From contig CAWGRK010000005.1 of assembly GCA_963824995.1 (NCBI GenBank), positions 1 to 64,000 on the forward strand: a stretch of DNA of 64,000 nt, written 5' to 3'. The DNA comes from an uncultured Actinomycetes bacterium. GTDB lineage: Bacteria > Actinomycetota > Acidimicrobiia > Spongiisociales > DATADW01. Under the pieces are notes generated by a model. The model was not told the origin of the DNA. It saw only the letters and a list, made by a program, of their open reading frames with translations, and searched no databases. Shown in pieces: positions 28,310 through 37,911 of the stretch (position 1 is its first letter; each line of letters opens with the position of its first letter). Both the position numbers and the translations under genes were made by a program.

Positions 28310-31030
28310 TTGGCCGATTACCCAACCGACTACGAGTTCGACATCGTCCTGCGGGACGGCGCCGTTGCGCGTTTCCGTCCGCTCCGCCCCGCCGATGCCT
28401 CTCTACTCCTTGCGCTCTTCGAGCACACTGGTGCCCAGTCGCGCTACTACCGGTTCTTCCGCGCCAAGAATGAACTGACCCCAGAGGAGCTCGAGCACTT
28501 CACCACGGTCGACTACGTGGATCGGATGGCGTTCGGTGTCTTCGAAGACGGCGAGATGGTGGGAGTCGGGCGGTACGACCGGGCAGTGGATGAGCCGGAG
28601 TCTGCTGAGGTCGCCTTCCTGGTGGCCGATGCACAGCAGGGGCGGGGCATAGGGACTGCTCTCCTTCAGATGCTGGGTAGCTACGGGCGGGCCCACGGCG
28701 TGTCCGAGTTCAGGGCGTTCGTGCTCCCCGAGAACCTGCAGATGATGCGGGTGTTCCGCTCCTCGGGGTATGAGCTGACCCGCACCTTGGAGGAGGGCGT
28801 CTACTCGCTTGACTTCCCCACTGCGGTCTCGGTGGGGAGCCGGGCTGCTGAGGAGGAGAGAGAAAAGCGGGCGGTAGCCGCCTCGATCCTTCCCATCTTC
28901 TACCCGCGATCCATCGCTGTGATCGGTGCCAGCCGTACTCCCGGCTCGATCGGGGCGCGCCTGTTCTCCAACCTGGTGGGCTCGGGGTTCACCGGGGCGG
29001 TGTACCCGGTCAATCCCAAGGCGGGGGTGGTCCACTCGGTTCGGGCCTACCCCTCGATCCTCGACATCCCCGACCCGGTGGACCTCGCCTTCATCGTGGT
29101 GCCAGCCCGTCACGCCCTCGACGCGGTGAGGGAATGCGCCGAGAAGAGGGTCAAGGGCCTGGTGGTCATCACGGCCGGCTTCTCCGAGGTGCCCGGTGGC
29201 GCCGATCTCGAGCACCAGATACTCGAAGTGGCCCGCTCTGCAGGGATGCGGATGGTTGGCCCCAACTGCATGGGGGTCCTGAACACGGATCCCGCCGTCC
29301 AGATGAACGGGACCTTCGCTCCGGTGTACCCCCCTAGGGGCAATGTCGCCATGTCGAGCCAGTCGGGGGCGCTCGGGATCGCCATCCTCGACTACGCCCG
29401 GCAGAACAACATCGGGATATCCACCTTCGTCTCGGTGGGCAACAAGGCCGACGTCTCGGGTAACGACTTGCTCCTGGCGTGGGAGGAGGACCCGGCAACC
29501 GATGTGATCGTCCTTTACCTCGAGTCCTTCGGGAACCCGCGCCGCTTCGCCCGCCTGGCACGCCGCGTCGCCCGCAAGAAGCCGATCGTGGCGGTCAAGT
29601 CGGGTCGAACCAGCGCAGGCACCCGGGCGGCATCGAGTCACACCGGCGCCCTTGCCAGCCTCGATGTCGCTGTCGAGGCGCTGTTCAATCAGGCGGGAGT
29701 GATCCGCACCACCACTCTCGAGGAGCTCTTCGGGGTGGCTTCGCTGCTTGCCAACCAGCCGGTGCCCAAAGGCAGGCGGGTCGGCGTGATCACCAACGCA
29801 GGCGGGCCGGGGATCCTCGCTGCCGATGCGCTCGAGTCCGAGGAGCTTCAGCTTCCCGAGCTTTCTGAGGGCTTGCGGGCCAAGCTGGCCGAGGGTCTAT
29901 CGGCGGAAGCATCGACACGCAACCCCATAGACTTGATCGCCTCGGCCGGCCCCGACCACTACCGCCATTGCATCGAGACGCTGATCGAGAGCGAAGAAGT
30001 CGATGCCGTCATGGTGATCTACATCCCGACCACCCCCGATGGGTTGCCAGAGGTGGCCGCTGCGGTGCGTGAGACGGCGACGGCGCACCATGGGATGAAG
30101 ACCTTCATCACTGTGTTCATGGAGAGCGAGCACTCTGCGGCGCTCTTCGAGGACGCCCGCATTCCCACCTTTGTGTTCCCCGAGCCCGCAGCGATCGCGC
30201 TGAGCCGTGCGGCCCGCTATGGCGAGTGGCTCGGCCGGCCCGAGGGGACCATTCCCACCCTGCCGGGACTCGATCCTGCCGCCGCCCGCCGCGTGGTGGC
30301 CGCCGCGGTGGAACGGCTCGGAGACGAAGGTGGCTGGCTCGAGCCGGGCGAGGTCGACGAGGTGCTCGCCGCATTCGGCATACGGCTTCCGGCGAGCCGG
30401 GTTGTGGTCACCGCTGACGAGGCCGCGGCCGCCGCCTCCGAGATCGGGGGCGCTGTTGTGCTCAAGGTGATCGCCCCCTCCGCCCTGCACAAGACCGAGG
30501 TGGGCGGTGTCCTTCTCGATGTCGAGGGGGAGGGAGCGGTCCGGGCCGGGTTCGATCATCTCATGAGCGTGGTGAGCGATCCTGAAGGAGTCCTTGTCCA
30601 GGAGATGGTCCCCGGCGGCCACGAGGTGCTGATCGGCGTGACCGAGGATCCTTCGTTCGGCCCATTGCTCGTGTTCGGCCTCGGCGGGGTCTATGTCGAG
30701 TTGCTAAAGGATGTGGCGGTGCGGATCGTCCCGATCACCGACCGCGATGCCGCCGAGATGGTGGCGGAGATAAAGACGGCACGGCTGCTGCAGGGTCGAT
30801 ATCGCAACTTCCCTGCAGGGGACCTCGAGGCGCTCCAAGAGGCACTGCTTCGGGTGTCGGCACTGGTGGAGGCGGTCCCCGAATTGGTCGAGATGGACAT
30901 GAACCCGGTCAAGGTGCTCCCGCCAGGGGAGGGGGTGCGGGTGGTCGATGCCCGGATGAAGGTCCGGCCGCTCGAAGCGGGTTGGTCACCGGAGCTGCTC
31001 GACGTCCCCGGTCTGGCGGGCCACCGCTAA
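28310..31030 (+). CDS. GNAT plus NDP-forming acyl-CoA synthetase-like fusion (Pat-type protein lysine acetyltransferase)
   Basis: N-terminal GNAT (AEVAFLVADAQQGRGIGT), CoA-binding IAVIGAS, GPNCMG, SQSGALG, YLESFG, TNAGGPG, ATP-grasp HKTEVGGV and DMNPV. Confidence 0.92.
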   Translation: MADYPTDYEFDIVLRDGAVARFRPLRPADASLLLALFEHTGAQSRYYRFFRAKNELTPEELEHFTTVDYVDRMAFGVFEDGEMVGVGRYDRAVDEPESAEVAFLVADAQQGRGIGTALLQMLGSYGRAHGVSEFRAFVLPENLQMMRVFRSSGYELTRTLEEGVYSLDFPTAVSVGSRAAEEEREKRAVAASILPIFYPRSIAVIGASRTPGSIGARLFSNLVGSGFTGAVYPVNPKAGVVHSVRAYPSILDIPDPVDLAFIVVPARHALDAVRECAEKRVKGLVVITAGFSEVPGGADLEHQILEVARSAGMRMVGPNCMGVLNTDPAVQMNGTFAPVYPPRGNVAMSSQSGALGIAILDYARQNNIGISTFVSVGNKADVSGNDLLLAWEEDPATDVIVLYLESFGNPRRFARLARRVARKKPIVAVKSGRTSAGTRAASSHTGALASLDVAVEALFNQAGVIRTTTLEELFGVASLLANQPVPKGRRVGVITNAGGPGILAADALESEELQLPELSEGLRAKLAEGLSAEASTRNPIDLIASAGPDHYRHCIETLIESEEVDAVMVIYIPTTPDGLPEVAAAVRETATAHHGMKTFITVFMESEHSAALFEDARIPTFVFPEPAAIALSRAARYGEWLGRPEGTIPTLPGLDPAAARRVVAAAVERLGDEGGWLEPGEVDEVLAAFGIRLPASRVVVTADEAAAAASEIGGAVVLKVIAPSALHKTEVGGVLLDVEGEGAVRAGFDHLMSVVSDPEGVLVQEMVPGGHEVLIGVTEDPSFGPLLVFGLGGVYVELLKDVAVRIVPITDRDAAEMVAEIKTARLLQGRYRNFPAGDLEALQEALLRVSALVEAVPELVEMDMNPVKVLPPGEGVRVVDARMKVRPLEAGWSPELLDVPGLAGHR

Positions 31031-32192
31031 AGACGGGATGGCCTAGGTAGGCGCTGCCCACCATTGCGTAGAACTGATGGAGGGTGCTCTCCCGCCTGCT
31101 GAGCGGTCCGGGCAGATATGCCCCTCCGCTCAGCCCGCGCTGCACCCCCTCGCAGGCCAACCAGTCCTCTCGGTTGGTGACGTCCCAGAAGTCGACGGCA
31201 TAAGCGGGGTCGAAACCGGGACGCGCTCGCGCCTCGGGCGGGAACAGCCAGCTGCACTCCACCGCGGTGCGATCGGCGGCGAGCGGCGTCAGGCGGTGCG
31301 TCATCACATAGTCGGGGTGGGCCGAGATGAGGAGGTTGGGAAAGAGCCCCACGTAGAGAACCTTGCGGAGTTGTTGCGGATCGAGCCCAGGGAGCGGGAG
31401 CCCGTGGGATTTGCCGTCGAACGACATCGTTTCGGCGTGGTCGGCAAGCTCCATCGGCCCGCCACACCATCGCCCGGTCGGGACCAGGTCGATGCCGCTG
31501 TCCGGCGGGGACACCTTGCACAGAGCCGGGTGGATCGAGGTGCAGTGGTAGCACTCGTGGTAGTTCTCGACGAGCAGCTTCCAGTTCGCTTCGACCACGT
31601 ATTCATGTCTGGCTGCTTCGATAAGCCTGCCGGGGTCGTACGGATCGAGCAGCTCGTCGAGGTTGCCGAAATGCGCCCCCAGGTCTTCGAAGTCTCCTGC
31701 GGTCTTGGCGAACACCCAGCCATGCCGATCTGCAAGCTGCACCGGTATCAGGGGGTACTCACCCGGGTCGAATCCGGCGGTGCCGGTGAATGAAGGGGCG
31801 GATCGAAGCGAGCCGTCGAGCCCATAGGTCCAGGAGTGGTAGGGGCAGCGCAGCTGGCGCACCGCCGCCACAGCGCCTTCGGGGAGCAACTCGTGGCCAC
31901 GATGCCGGCAGGTGTTGTGAAAGGCGCGCAGCTCGCCGGCGCCATCGCGCACCACGAGCAACCGGGCCCGGCCGGCACTTATCGCACTCGCTTGCCCCGG
32001 GCCGGGCAAGCCGTCGGTTCTGCCCAGACAGAGCCACGAGCCGGTGAAGATGTGCTCGACCTCCCACGAGAACACATGCGGGGAGAGGTAGGCCTCCGGG
32101 GGAAGTGTGCGGCTTTCGCCGAATGGCTCCAGCGCCCGGAGCACCGCGCCACGGTCGATCGGCGCCGGGGAGGCCCGGTGGGCAGAGCTCAC
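30909..32192 (-). CDS. Rieske non-heme iron oxygenase alpha subunit (choline monooxygenase/GbcA-like)
   Basis: NTCRHRG...CPYHSW Rieske motif, NWKLLVENYHECYHC; GTGA overlap with ppdK; true 3' end may be near 31027 if there is an indel. Confidence 0.88.
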   Translation of the reverse strand: MSSAHRASPAPIDRGAVLRALEPFGESRTLPPEAYLSPHVFSWEVEHIFTGSWLCLGRTDGLPGPGQASAISAGRARLLVVRDGAGELRAFHNTCRHRGHELLPEGAVAAVRQLRCPYHSWTYGLDGSLRSAPSFTGTAGFDPGEYPLIPVQLADRHGWVFAKTAGDFEDLGAHFGNLDELLDPYDPGRLIEAARHEYVVEANWKLLVENYHECYHCTSIHPALCKVSPPDSGIDLVPTGRWCGGPMELADHAETMSFDGKSHGLPLPGLDPQQLRKVLYVGLFPNLLISAHPDYVMTHRLTPLAADRTAVECSWLFPPEARARPGFDPAYAVDFWDVTNREDWLACEGVQRGLSGGAYLPGPLSRRESTLHQFYAMVGSAYLGHPVFSGGPPDRGRRAAPVTNPLRAAGPSSGHRPPAPPPLAGAP

Positions 32193-34825
32193 ACCGATCC
32201 TGCCGATGCTGACCCGCCGAGAGCTGCCTGGGCCGCAGCCAGCCGGGCGACCGGGATGCGGGGCGGGCTGGCGGACACGTAGTCGAGACCGATCCGGTGG
32301 CAGAGGCCGATCGATGCCGGGTCCCCGCCGTGCTCCCCACACACCCCGACCTCGAGTGTCGGATTGGCCTCCTTTCCGGCGATGGTCCCCATCTCAACCA
32401 GTCGTCCGACGCCGTGCTCGTCCATCGTCTGGAAGGGGTTCGAGGGGTAAATCCCATTCTCGATGAAAAAGGGGAGGAACGACCGGTCGGCGTCATCGCG
32501 GCTCAGCCCGTATGTGGTTTGGGTGAGGTCGTTGGTGCCGAACGAGAAGAAGTCGGCCACGCCGGCGATCTCACCGGCCAGCAGCGCCGCCCGTGGAAGC
32601 TCGATCATCGTCCCGATGGGCACCTCGACCGCTTCGTCGGGGAACACATCGGCGATCTCCGCCTCGATCATGATGCGGACCCGTCGAAGCTCCTCGGCGG
32701 TGGACACCAGAGGCACCATGATCTCGAGATGGGGATCACCTCCGGCTATACGGCGGCGCTTCATCGCCTGAAGGGCCGCTTGTACCTGGATCCGGTACAA
32801 CTCGGGCACAAGCAGCCCGAGGCGGACGCCACGAAGCCCGAGCATCGGGTTGGTCTCCTCCCACTTGGCCACGGCGCGCTCCAACTCGGCGATGCGGTCG
32901 TCGGGCGCCTGCCCCTTCTCGGCGCGCTGCCGGCGCTCTCTCTCCAACTCGAGCCGGGACGGGAGGAACTCGTGGAGTGGCGGATCGAGCAGCCGGATGA
33001 TCACGGGTAGCCCGTCCATCGCTTCGAGCAGGCCTTCAAAATCTTCGGTCTGCTGGGTGCGCAGCCGTTCGAGGGCAGGGTTCCGGACCTCGGGGTCCTC
33101 GTTGAGGATGATCTGCTGAACGATGGCCAGCCGCTCGCCCATGAACATGTGCTCGGTACGAGCTAGACCGATCCCCTCGGCGCCCGCATCACGGGCACGG
33201 ATGGCGTCGGAGGGTGTGTCGGCGTTTGCCCGGACGCCCATCGTGCGGAATTCGTCGGCCCAGGTCAACAGCATCTCCAGTTGGGGCGTATCTGAGGCGG
33301 GTTCGAGCGGCACCTCACCGCCGTAGACGTTGCCGCTGGTGCCGTCGATGGTGACCACTTCCCCCTCGTTGATCGTGACGGTCCCGACGGATAGCAAGCC
33401 GGACACCTCGTCCACGTTGAGAGCCGAGGCCCCGGTCACCGCCGGTTTCCCCATACCGCGGGCAACCACGGCGGCGTGGCTGGTCTTGCCTCCCCGGCTG
33501 GTGAGGATTCCCTGTGCGGCCGCCATCCCGTGGATGTCGTCCGGAGTGGTTTCATGCCGCACCAGCACCACAGCCACGTCCTGGCCGGCGCGCTCGACCG
33601 CCCGGTCGGCATCAAAGACAGCCTCGCCCGAGGCAGCACCTGGAGACGCCGCCACCCCGTGCGCCAGGGGCTCGACCCCGGCGTCTTCGGCGATGGTGGG
33701 CCGCTGCAACTGCTCCAGGGCCGCAGGGTCGACCCGCAGCACGGCCTGACGCCGATCGATGAGGCCCTCGTTGGCCATGTCCACCGCCAAGCGCACAGCA
33801 GCCCTGGCCGTCCGTTTGCCCACCCGGGTCTGCAGGATCCAGAGCGTGCCGTTCTCCACGGTGAACTCGATGTCGCACATGTCCCGGTAGTGGTTCTCCA
33901 GGGTCTGCATCACCCCCAGCAAATCGGCGTGAACACCGGGGTGCTTGTCCTTGAGGTCGGCCAGGGACAGGGTGTTCCTAATGCCGGCCACGACGTCCTC
34001 GCCCTGGGCGTTGACCAGGTAATCGCCATAGGGATTCGGCTCGCCACTCGATGGATCGCGGGTGAAGCAGACGCCGGTTCCGGAGTCCTCGCCGAGGTCT
34101 CCGAAGACCATCGTCTGAACGTTGCACGCCGTGCCCAGATCACCTGGGATGTCGTGGAGCCGCCGATAGTCCACTGCCCTCCGGTTACCCCACGAGGAGA
34201 ACACCGCGGTGACCGCTGCCCGCAGTTGTTCCATCGGCTCGGTTGGAACGCTCTTGCCCGCATCCTCGATGAGGCTTCGGAAACGGTCGGTCGCCGACTC
34301 GAGTTCGCCGGCGTCCAAGTGGGCGTCGCTTTCGACCCCGCTCGTCCGACGCAATTCGGTGAGCACTGCCTCGAACAGGTCTCCAGGAACACCGAGGACC
34401 ACCTTGCCGAACATCTGGAGGAAACGGCGGTAGACATCCCAGGCCACCCGCTGGCTCCCCGACCACTCGGCGATCTCCTTGACCACGAGGTCGTTGATCC
34501 CCAGGTTGAGCACTGTGTCCATCATCCCCGGCATGGAGAATTTGGCGCCCGACCGGACCGACACGAGAAGCGGCGTCTTGCCACCGCCGCCAAAGCTCCG
34601 TCCCGTGCTCTCTTCGAGCCTGCCGATGGCGGCGCCGATCTCGTCCCAGACGCCATCGGGGCCCTTGCCTTCCTCCATGAAGACCCGGCAAGCATCGGTG
34701 GTGATGGTGAATCCTGGGGGGACCCGCAACCCGAGATTGGTCATCTCTGCCAATCCGGCGCCCTTGCCGCCGAGGAGGTCCTTCTGGTCCTTTGACCCCT
34801 CGGCGAAGTCGTACACATAACGCAT
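32189..34825 (-). CDS. ppdK: Pyruvate, phosphate dikinase
   Basis: LLGGKGAGLAEM, SVRSGAKFSMPGMMDT, QGEDVVAG, GGKTSHAAVVARG, NPMLGLRG, FSFGTNDLTQ, GVCGEHGGDP. Confidence 0.97.
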   Translation of the reverse strand: MRYVYDFAEGSKDQKDLLGGKGAGLAEMTNLGLRVPPGFTITTDACRVFMEEGKGPDGVWDEIGAAIGRLEESTGRSFGGGGKTPLLVSVRSGAKFSMPGMMDTVLNLGINDLVVKEIAEWSGSQRVAWDVYRRFLQMFGKVVLGVPGDLFEAVLTELRRTSGVESDAHLDAGELESATDRFRSLIEDAGKSVPTEPMEQLRAAVTAVFSSWGNRRAVDYRRLHDIPGDLGTACNVQTMVFGDLGEDSGTGVCFTRDPSSGEPNPYGDYLVNAQGEDVVAGIRNTLSLADLKDKHPGVHADLLGVMQTLENHYRDMCDIEFTVENGTLWILQTRVGKRTARAAVRLAVDMANEGLIDRRQAVLRVDPAALEQLQRPTIAEDAGVEPLAHGVAASPGAASGEAVFDADRAVERAGQDVAVVLVRHETTPDDIHGMAAAQGILTSRGGKTSHAAVVARGMGKPAVTGASALNVDEVSGLLSVGTVTINEGEVVTIDGTSGNVYGGEVPLEPASDTPQLEMLLTWADEFRTMGVRANADTPSDAIRARDAGAEGIGLARTEHMFMGERLAIVQQIILNEDPEVRNPALERLRTQQTEDFEGLLEAMDGLPVIIRLLDPPLHEFLPSRLELERERRQRAEKGQAPDDRIAELERAVAKWEETNPMLGLRGVRLGLLVPELYRIQVQAALQAMKRRRIAGGDPHLEIMVPLVSTAEELRRVRIMIEAEIADVFPDEAVEVPIGTMIELPRAALLAGEIAGVADFFSFGTNDLTQTTYGLSRDDADRSFLPFFIENGIYPSNPFQTMDEHGVGRLVEMGTIAGKEANPTLEVGVCGEHGGDPASIGLCHRIGLDYVSASPPRIPVARLAAAQAALGGSASAGSV

Positions 34826-34944
34826 TTGCGCTCTCCGGCCTTGGATGTTGGGACGGTACACGCCGTCCCGTCGGCGAGATCGCTTCCCAAAGCGGAAAGA
34901 GTTGGCCTGTTCTAGCGGCGTGCATCGGTGCCAGGATGTCGCCG

Positions 34945-35267
34945 GTGAGGGTGGCCGTATTCAGCGCCAAGAGCTACGACATCGAGTACCTCGGCGCCGC
35001 CGCAGCCGGCAGGCACGAGTTGGAGTTCCTCGAGCCGCGGCTGAGCGCGCAGACCGCCGGACTCGCCACCTCTCCGATCGGGTGGTGCGCGATGATGTCA
35101 TCGCTCGACTGCTCACGCTTCCAAATGTGCTCGTGACCGGCCACCAGGCCTTCTTCACCCGCGAGGCGCTCGAGAAGATCGCCGAGGTCACGGTGGCAAA
35201 CCTGACGGCCTTCGAGGAGGGCAGGCCCTCGGGCAACGAGGTGGGTCCGGAGCGGATCCAGGGCTAG
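34945..35267 (+). pseudogene. ldhA: D-lactate dehydrogenase relic with a large internal deletion
   Basis: N-terminus VRVAVFSAKSYDIEYL...LEFLEPRLSAQTAGLA joined out of frame near 35067 to C-terminus LSDRVVRDDVIARLLTLPNVLVTGHQAFFTREAL. Confidence 0.85.
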
Positions 35268-35314
35268 CCGCACCGTTAGCCTCCAGCGTGAGGCATTGGC
35301 GACCAGGAGGAGCG

Positions 35315-35980
35315 ATGCGGGTGGGCGACGTGATGACCAGCGACGTGCTCACGGTCAGGGGCGACGAGAGCCTCAAGAGCGCCGCCCAGATCATGGTTGA
35401 AGCCGGAGTCAGCGGGCTACCAGTGCTCGATGAAAGCGGTGCTTTGGTCGGGATCATCACCGAGGCCGACTTTGTCAGACGCCAGGCACGGGAGGGTCGG
35501 GGGCGTCTGCTCAACGTGGTCCTCCAGAGGAACGCTCCGGTTTCGGAGGGGACAACGGTGCGGGAGGTGATGACGCCGTCGCCGGTCGTGATCTATCCCG
35601 AGGCCACGGTCACAGAAGCGGCCCGGTTGATGCTCGCTCATCAGGTGAAGCGGCTACCGGTGGTTGATGATGGCGGCGGCCTAGTCGGCGTCGTCAGCAG
35701 GGCTGACCTGATGAGCGCCTTCACCATCCCCGACGATGAGTTGGCAGAGATGGTGCGTCAAGACGTCGTGAAGCGTGTGCTCCTGCTAGATCCGAAGTCG
35801 CTCGACGTCGCGGTGCGCGATGGTGTCGCCTCGATCAGCGGGGAGGTGCCGCATCGCAGCGACGCCCGCATCCTCGAAGAACTGACCCGGCGACTCGACG
35901 GAATCGTTGACGTCGAGACCGACCTCAGCTGGGAAATGGACGACACCAGGACCGGCAAGCCACCGTCGAACCTGCCCTGA
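35315..35980 (+). CDS. CBS-pair plus BON domain protein
   Basis: SD AGGAGG; VGDVMT...SGLPVLD...GIITEADF, VREVMT...KRLPVVD...VSRADL; BON-like VAVRDGVASISG. Confidence 0.9.
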   Translation: MRVGDVMTSDVLTVRGDESLKSAAQIMVEAGVSGLPVLDESGALVGIITEADFVRRQAREGRGRLLNVVLQRNAPVSEGTTVREVMTPSPVVIYPEATVTEAARLMLAHQVKRLPVVDDGGGLVGVVSRADLMSAFTIPDDELAEMVRQDVVKRVLLLDPKSLDVAVRDGVASISGEVPHRSDARILEELTRRLDGIVDVETDLSWEMDDTRTGKPPSNLP

Positions 35981-36025
35981 CCCCGGCGACGGTGCCGTTT
36001 CTCGGCCCTATTACCCTGCCCCGCC

Positions 36026-36640
36026 ATGGCACGACCGCGTGGAAGAGCGCTCGCCCAGCAGCGCGTCGCCAAGGATGAGGCCCGTGAAGAGGCGAAGCGT
36101 CATACGTCCCGGCGCAACCTCTGGATCGGCATCGGCGTCGCCGTCGCCCTCATCGGCGGGCTGGTCGCCTTCGTCCTCACCCGCCCCGATCCGCTCGAGG
36201 GCGCCGACATAACCACCTACCCGGATCTGGGCGTCGAGCACCTGGCGGCGGGCGACCCGGCTCCGGAGTACAACTCCAACCCGCCTACCAGCGGACCCCA
36301 CGCCATCCAGCCGGCGGCATGCGGCATCTACCGCGAGCCGGTGACCGACATCCAGCAGGTCCACACGCTCGAGCACGGGGCGATCATCGTGCAGTACGAC
36401 CCGTCCCTTCCCCAGGAAGACATAGAGCGGCTCGAGGAATTGGCCCGTTCCATCGGGGACCAGATCCTGGTTGCACCCCGTTCGGGTATGCCGGCGCCGG
36501 TCGCGGTCTCCTCATGGGCCACGGTCATGCTCCTCGATGGCGTGGACGAGGACATCATCAACGCCTTCCACCTCCGCTACGAGGATCAGAGCCCCGAGCC
36601 GCTCGCCGTCTGCCCGCTCCAGGTGGACCAGGCGGCTTGA
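36026..36640 (+). CDS. DUF3105 domain membrane-anchored protein
   Basis: TM segment; YNSNPPTSGPH, VHTLEHGAIIVQY. Confidence 0.88.
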   Translation: MARPRGRALAQQRVAKDEAREEAKRHTSRRNLWIGIGVAVALIGGLVAFVLTRPDPLEGADITTYPDLGVEHLAAGDPAPEYNSNPPTSGPHAIQPAACGIYREPVTDIQQVHTLEHGAIIVQYDPSLPQEDIERLEELARSIGDQILVAPRSGMPAPVAVSSWATVMLLDGVDEDIINAFHLRYEDQSPEPLAVCPLQVDQAA

Positions 36641-37455
36641 TCGAAGAGGATGCCGGCCCGCCGGCGTCGGTGAGTTGGACAGGGGGAGCGCCATCGCTCT
36701 TGCTGGCACACGCCACAGGCTTCTGCAAGGAGGTGTGGCGCCCGGTTGTCGACGAGTTGCGTGGAGCAGCGACCGGCAACGAGATCGTGGCGCTCGATTT
36801 CAGCGGTCACGGCGCCACCCCACCCCGACGGGATCCGGCCGACTGGTTCGGGTTCGCCGCCGACGTGGCGGCGATGGTCCACCGACTCGATGGGCGCCCG
36901 GTGGGTGTCGGCCACTCGATGGGCGCCACCGCCATGATCATGGCCGAACTCGACGACCCGGGGAGCTTCGGGGCGCTGGTGCTCGTCGAACCGGTCGTCT
37001 TCCCCGACGGGGGTCGCGACGAGTTGCTGGAACGGCTTCACCGTGCCACCGGGCGGCGGAAGCACCGCTTCCCCGACCGGGAGGCGGCAGCAGCCAATTT
37101 CTCGAGCAAGCCGGCCTTCGCCCGTTGGCACCCGGCGGCGCTCCGTGGTTATCTCGATGGGGGTCTGATCGATCACGGCGGGGGAGTGAGCCTGGCTTGT
37201 CCCCCCGCAGTCGAGGCCGCCATCTACCCCGGGGCCAACCGACATCGAACCTGGTACCGGCTCGGTGAGCTCCACCTGCCCGTGGTGGTGATGGCCAGCG
37301 GCGCATCGGCCGAATACCCGCCGGGCTTCCTCGAGCAGACCGCGGCTCGGATACCCGGAGCACGGGGGATCGAGGTTGCGGGAACCAGCCACTTCCTGCC
37401 CATGGAACGACCGGACGCCGTGGCCTTGGCTGTTATCGATCTCCTGTCCCATTGA
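36637..37455 (+). CDS. Alpha/beta hydrolase
   Basis: LAHATGF, GHSMG, LVEP, SHFLPME; TTGA overlap with the upstream gene. Confidence 0.88.
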   Translation: MIEEDAGPPASVSWTGGAPSLLLAHATGFCKEVWRPVVDELRGAATGNEIVALDFSGHGATPPRRDPADWFGFAADVAAMVHRLDGRPVGVGHSMGATAMIMAELDDPGSFGALVLVEPVVFPDGGRDELLERLHRATGRRKHRFPDREAAAANFSSKPAFARWHPAALRGYLDGGLIDHGGGVSLACPPAVEAAIYPGANRHRTWYRLGELHLPVVVMASGASAEYPPGFLEQTAARIPGARGIEVAGTSHFLPMERPDAVALAVIDLLSH

Positions 37456-37476
37456 TCCTGTGAGGATGTCACTCTC

Positions 37477-37911
37477 ATGGCTGTCGACGACGATCTCAGG
37501 GTGAGCGACCAGATCGTGATTCCGGATCACGAGTTGGAGGAGCGCTTCGACCCCTCCGGTGGTCCCGGCGGGCAACACGCCAACCGCTCGAGCACGAGGG
37601 TCGAACTGTCATTCGATCTGCGGTCGAGCGCCTCGCTGTCTTCGGAGGTCAAGAGCCGGGCGATTCGACGCCTGTCCGAGCGGTTTCCTGACGGCATCGT
37701 GATCGTCACCGCATCCGACACCCGTTCTCAGTGGAGGAACCGCAAGATCGCCCGGGCACGTCTGGCGGAGTTGATCGCCGAGGCCGTTGCCCCGCCACCG
37801 CCGCCACGCCGTCCCACCCGGCCCACCACCGCCTCCAAGCGCCAGAGACTCGATCAGAAGCGGCTACGGGCCGAGGTGAAGCGGATGCGACGACGCCCCG
37901 AGCACGAATGA
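37477..37911 (+). CDS. arfB: Alternative ribosome rescue peptidyl-tRNA hydrolase
   Basis: SGGPGGQHANRSSTRVEL, RSQWRNR, basic tail RRPTRPT...RLDQKR. Confidence 0.93.
   Translation: MAVDDDLRVSDQIVIPDHELEERFDPSGGPGGQHANRSSTRVELSFDLRSSASLSSEVKSRAIRRLSERFPDGIVIVTASDTRSQWRNRKIARARLAELIAEAVAPPPPPRRPTRPTTASKRQRLDQKRLRAEVKRMRRRPEHE

Noticed and set aside
30909..31030. 122 nt tail-to-tail overlap of the Rieske and Pat genes as a functional overlap
   Set aside because: The extension is low-complexity, and a one-base shift would stop the gene at TAG 31027-31029; probably another indel.
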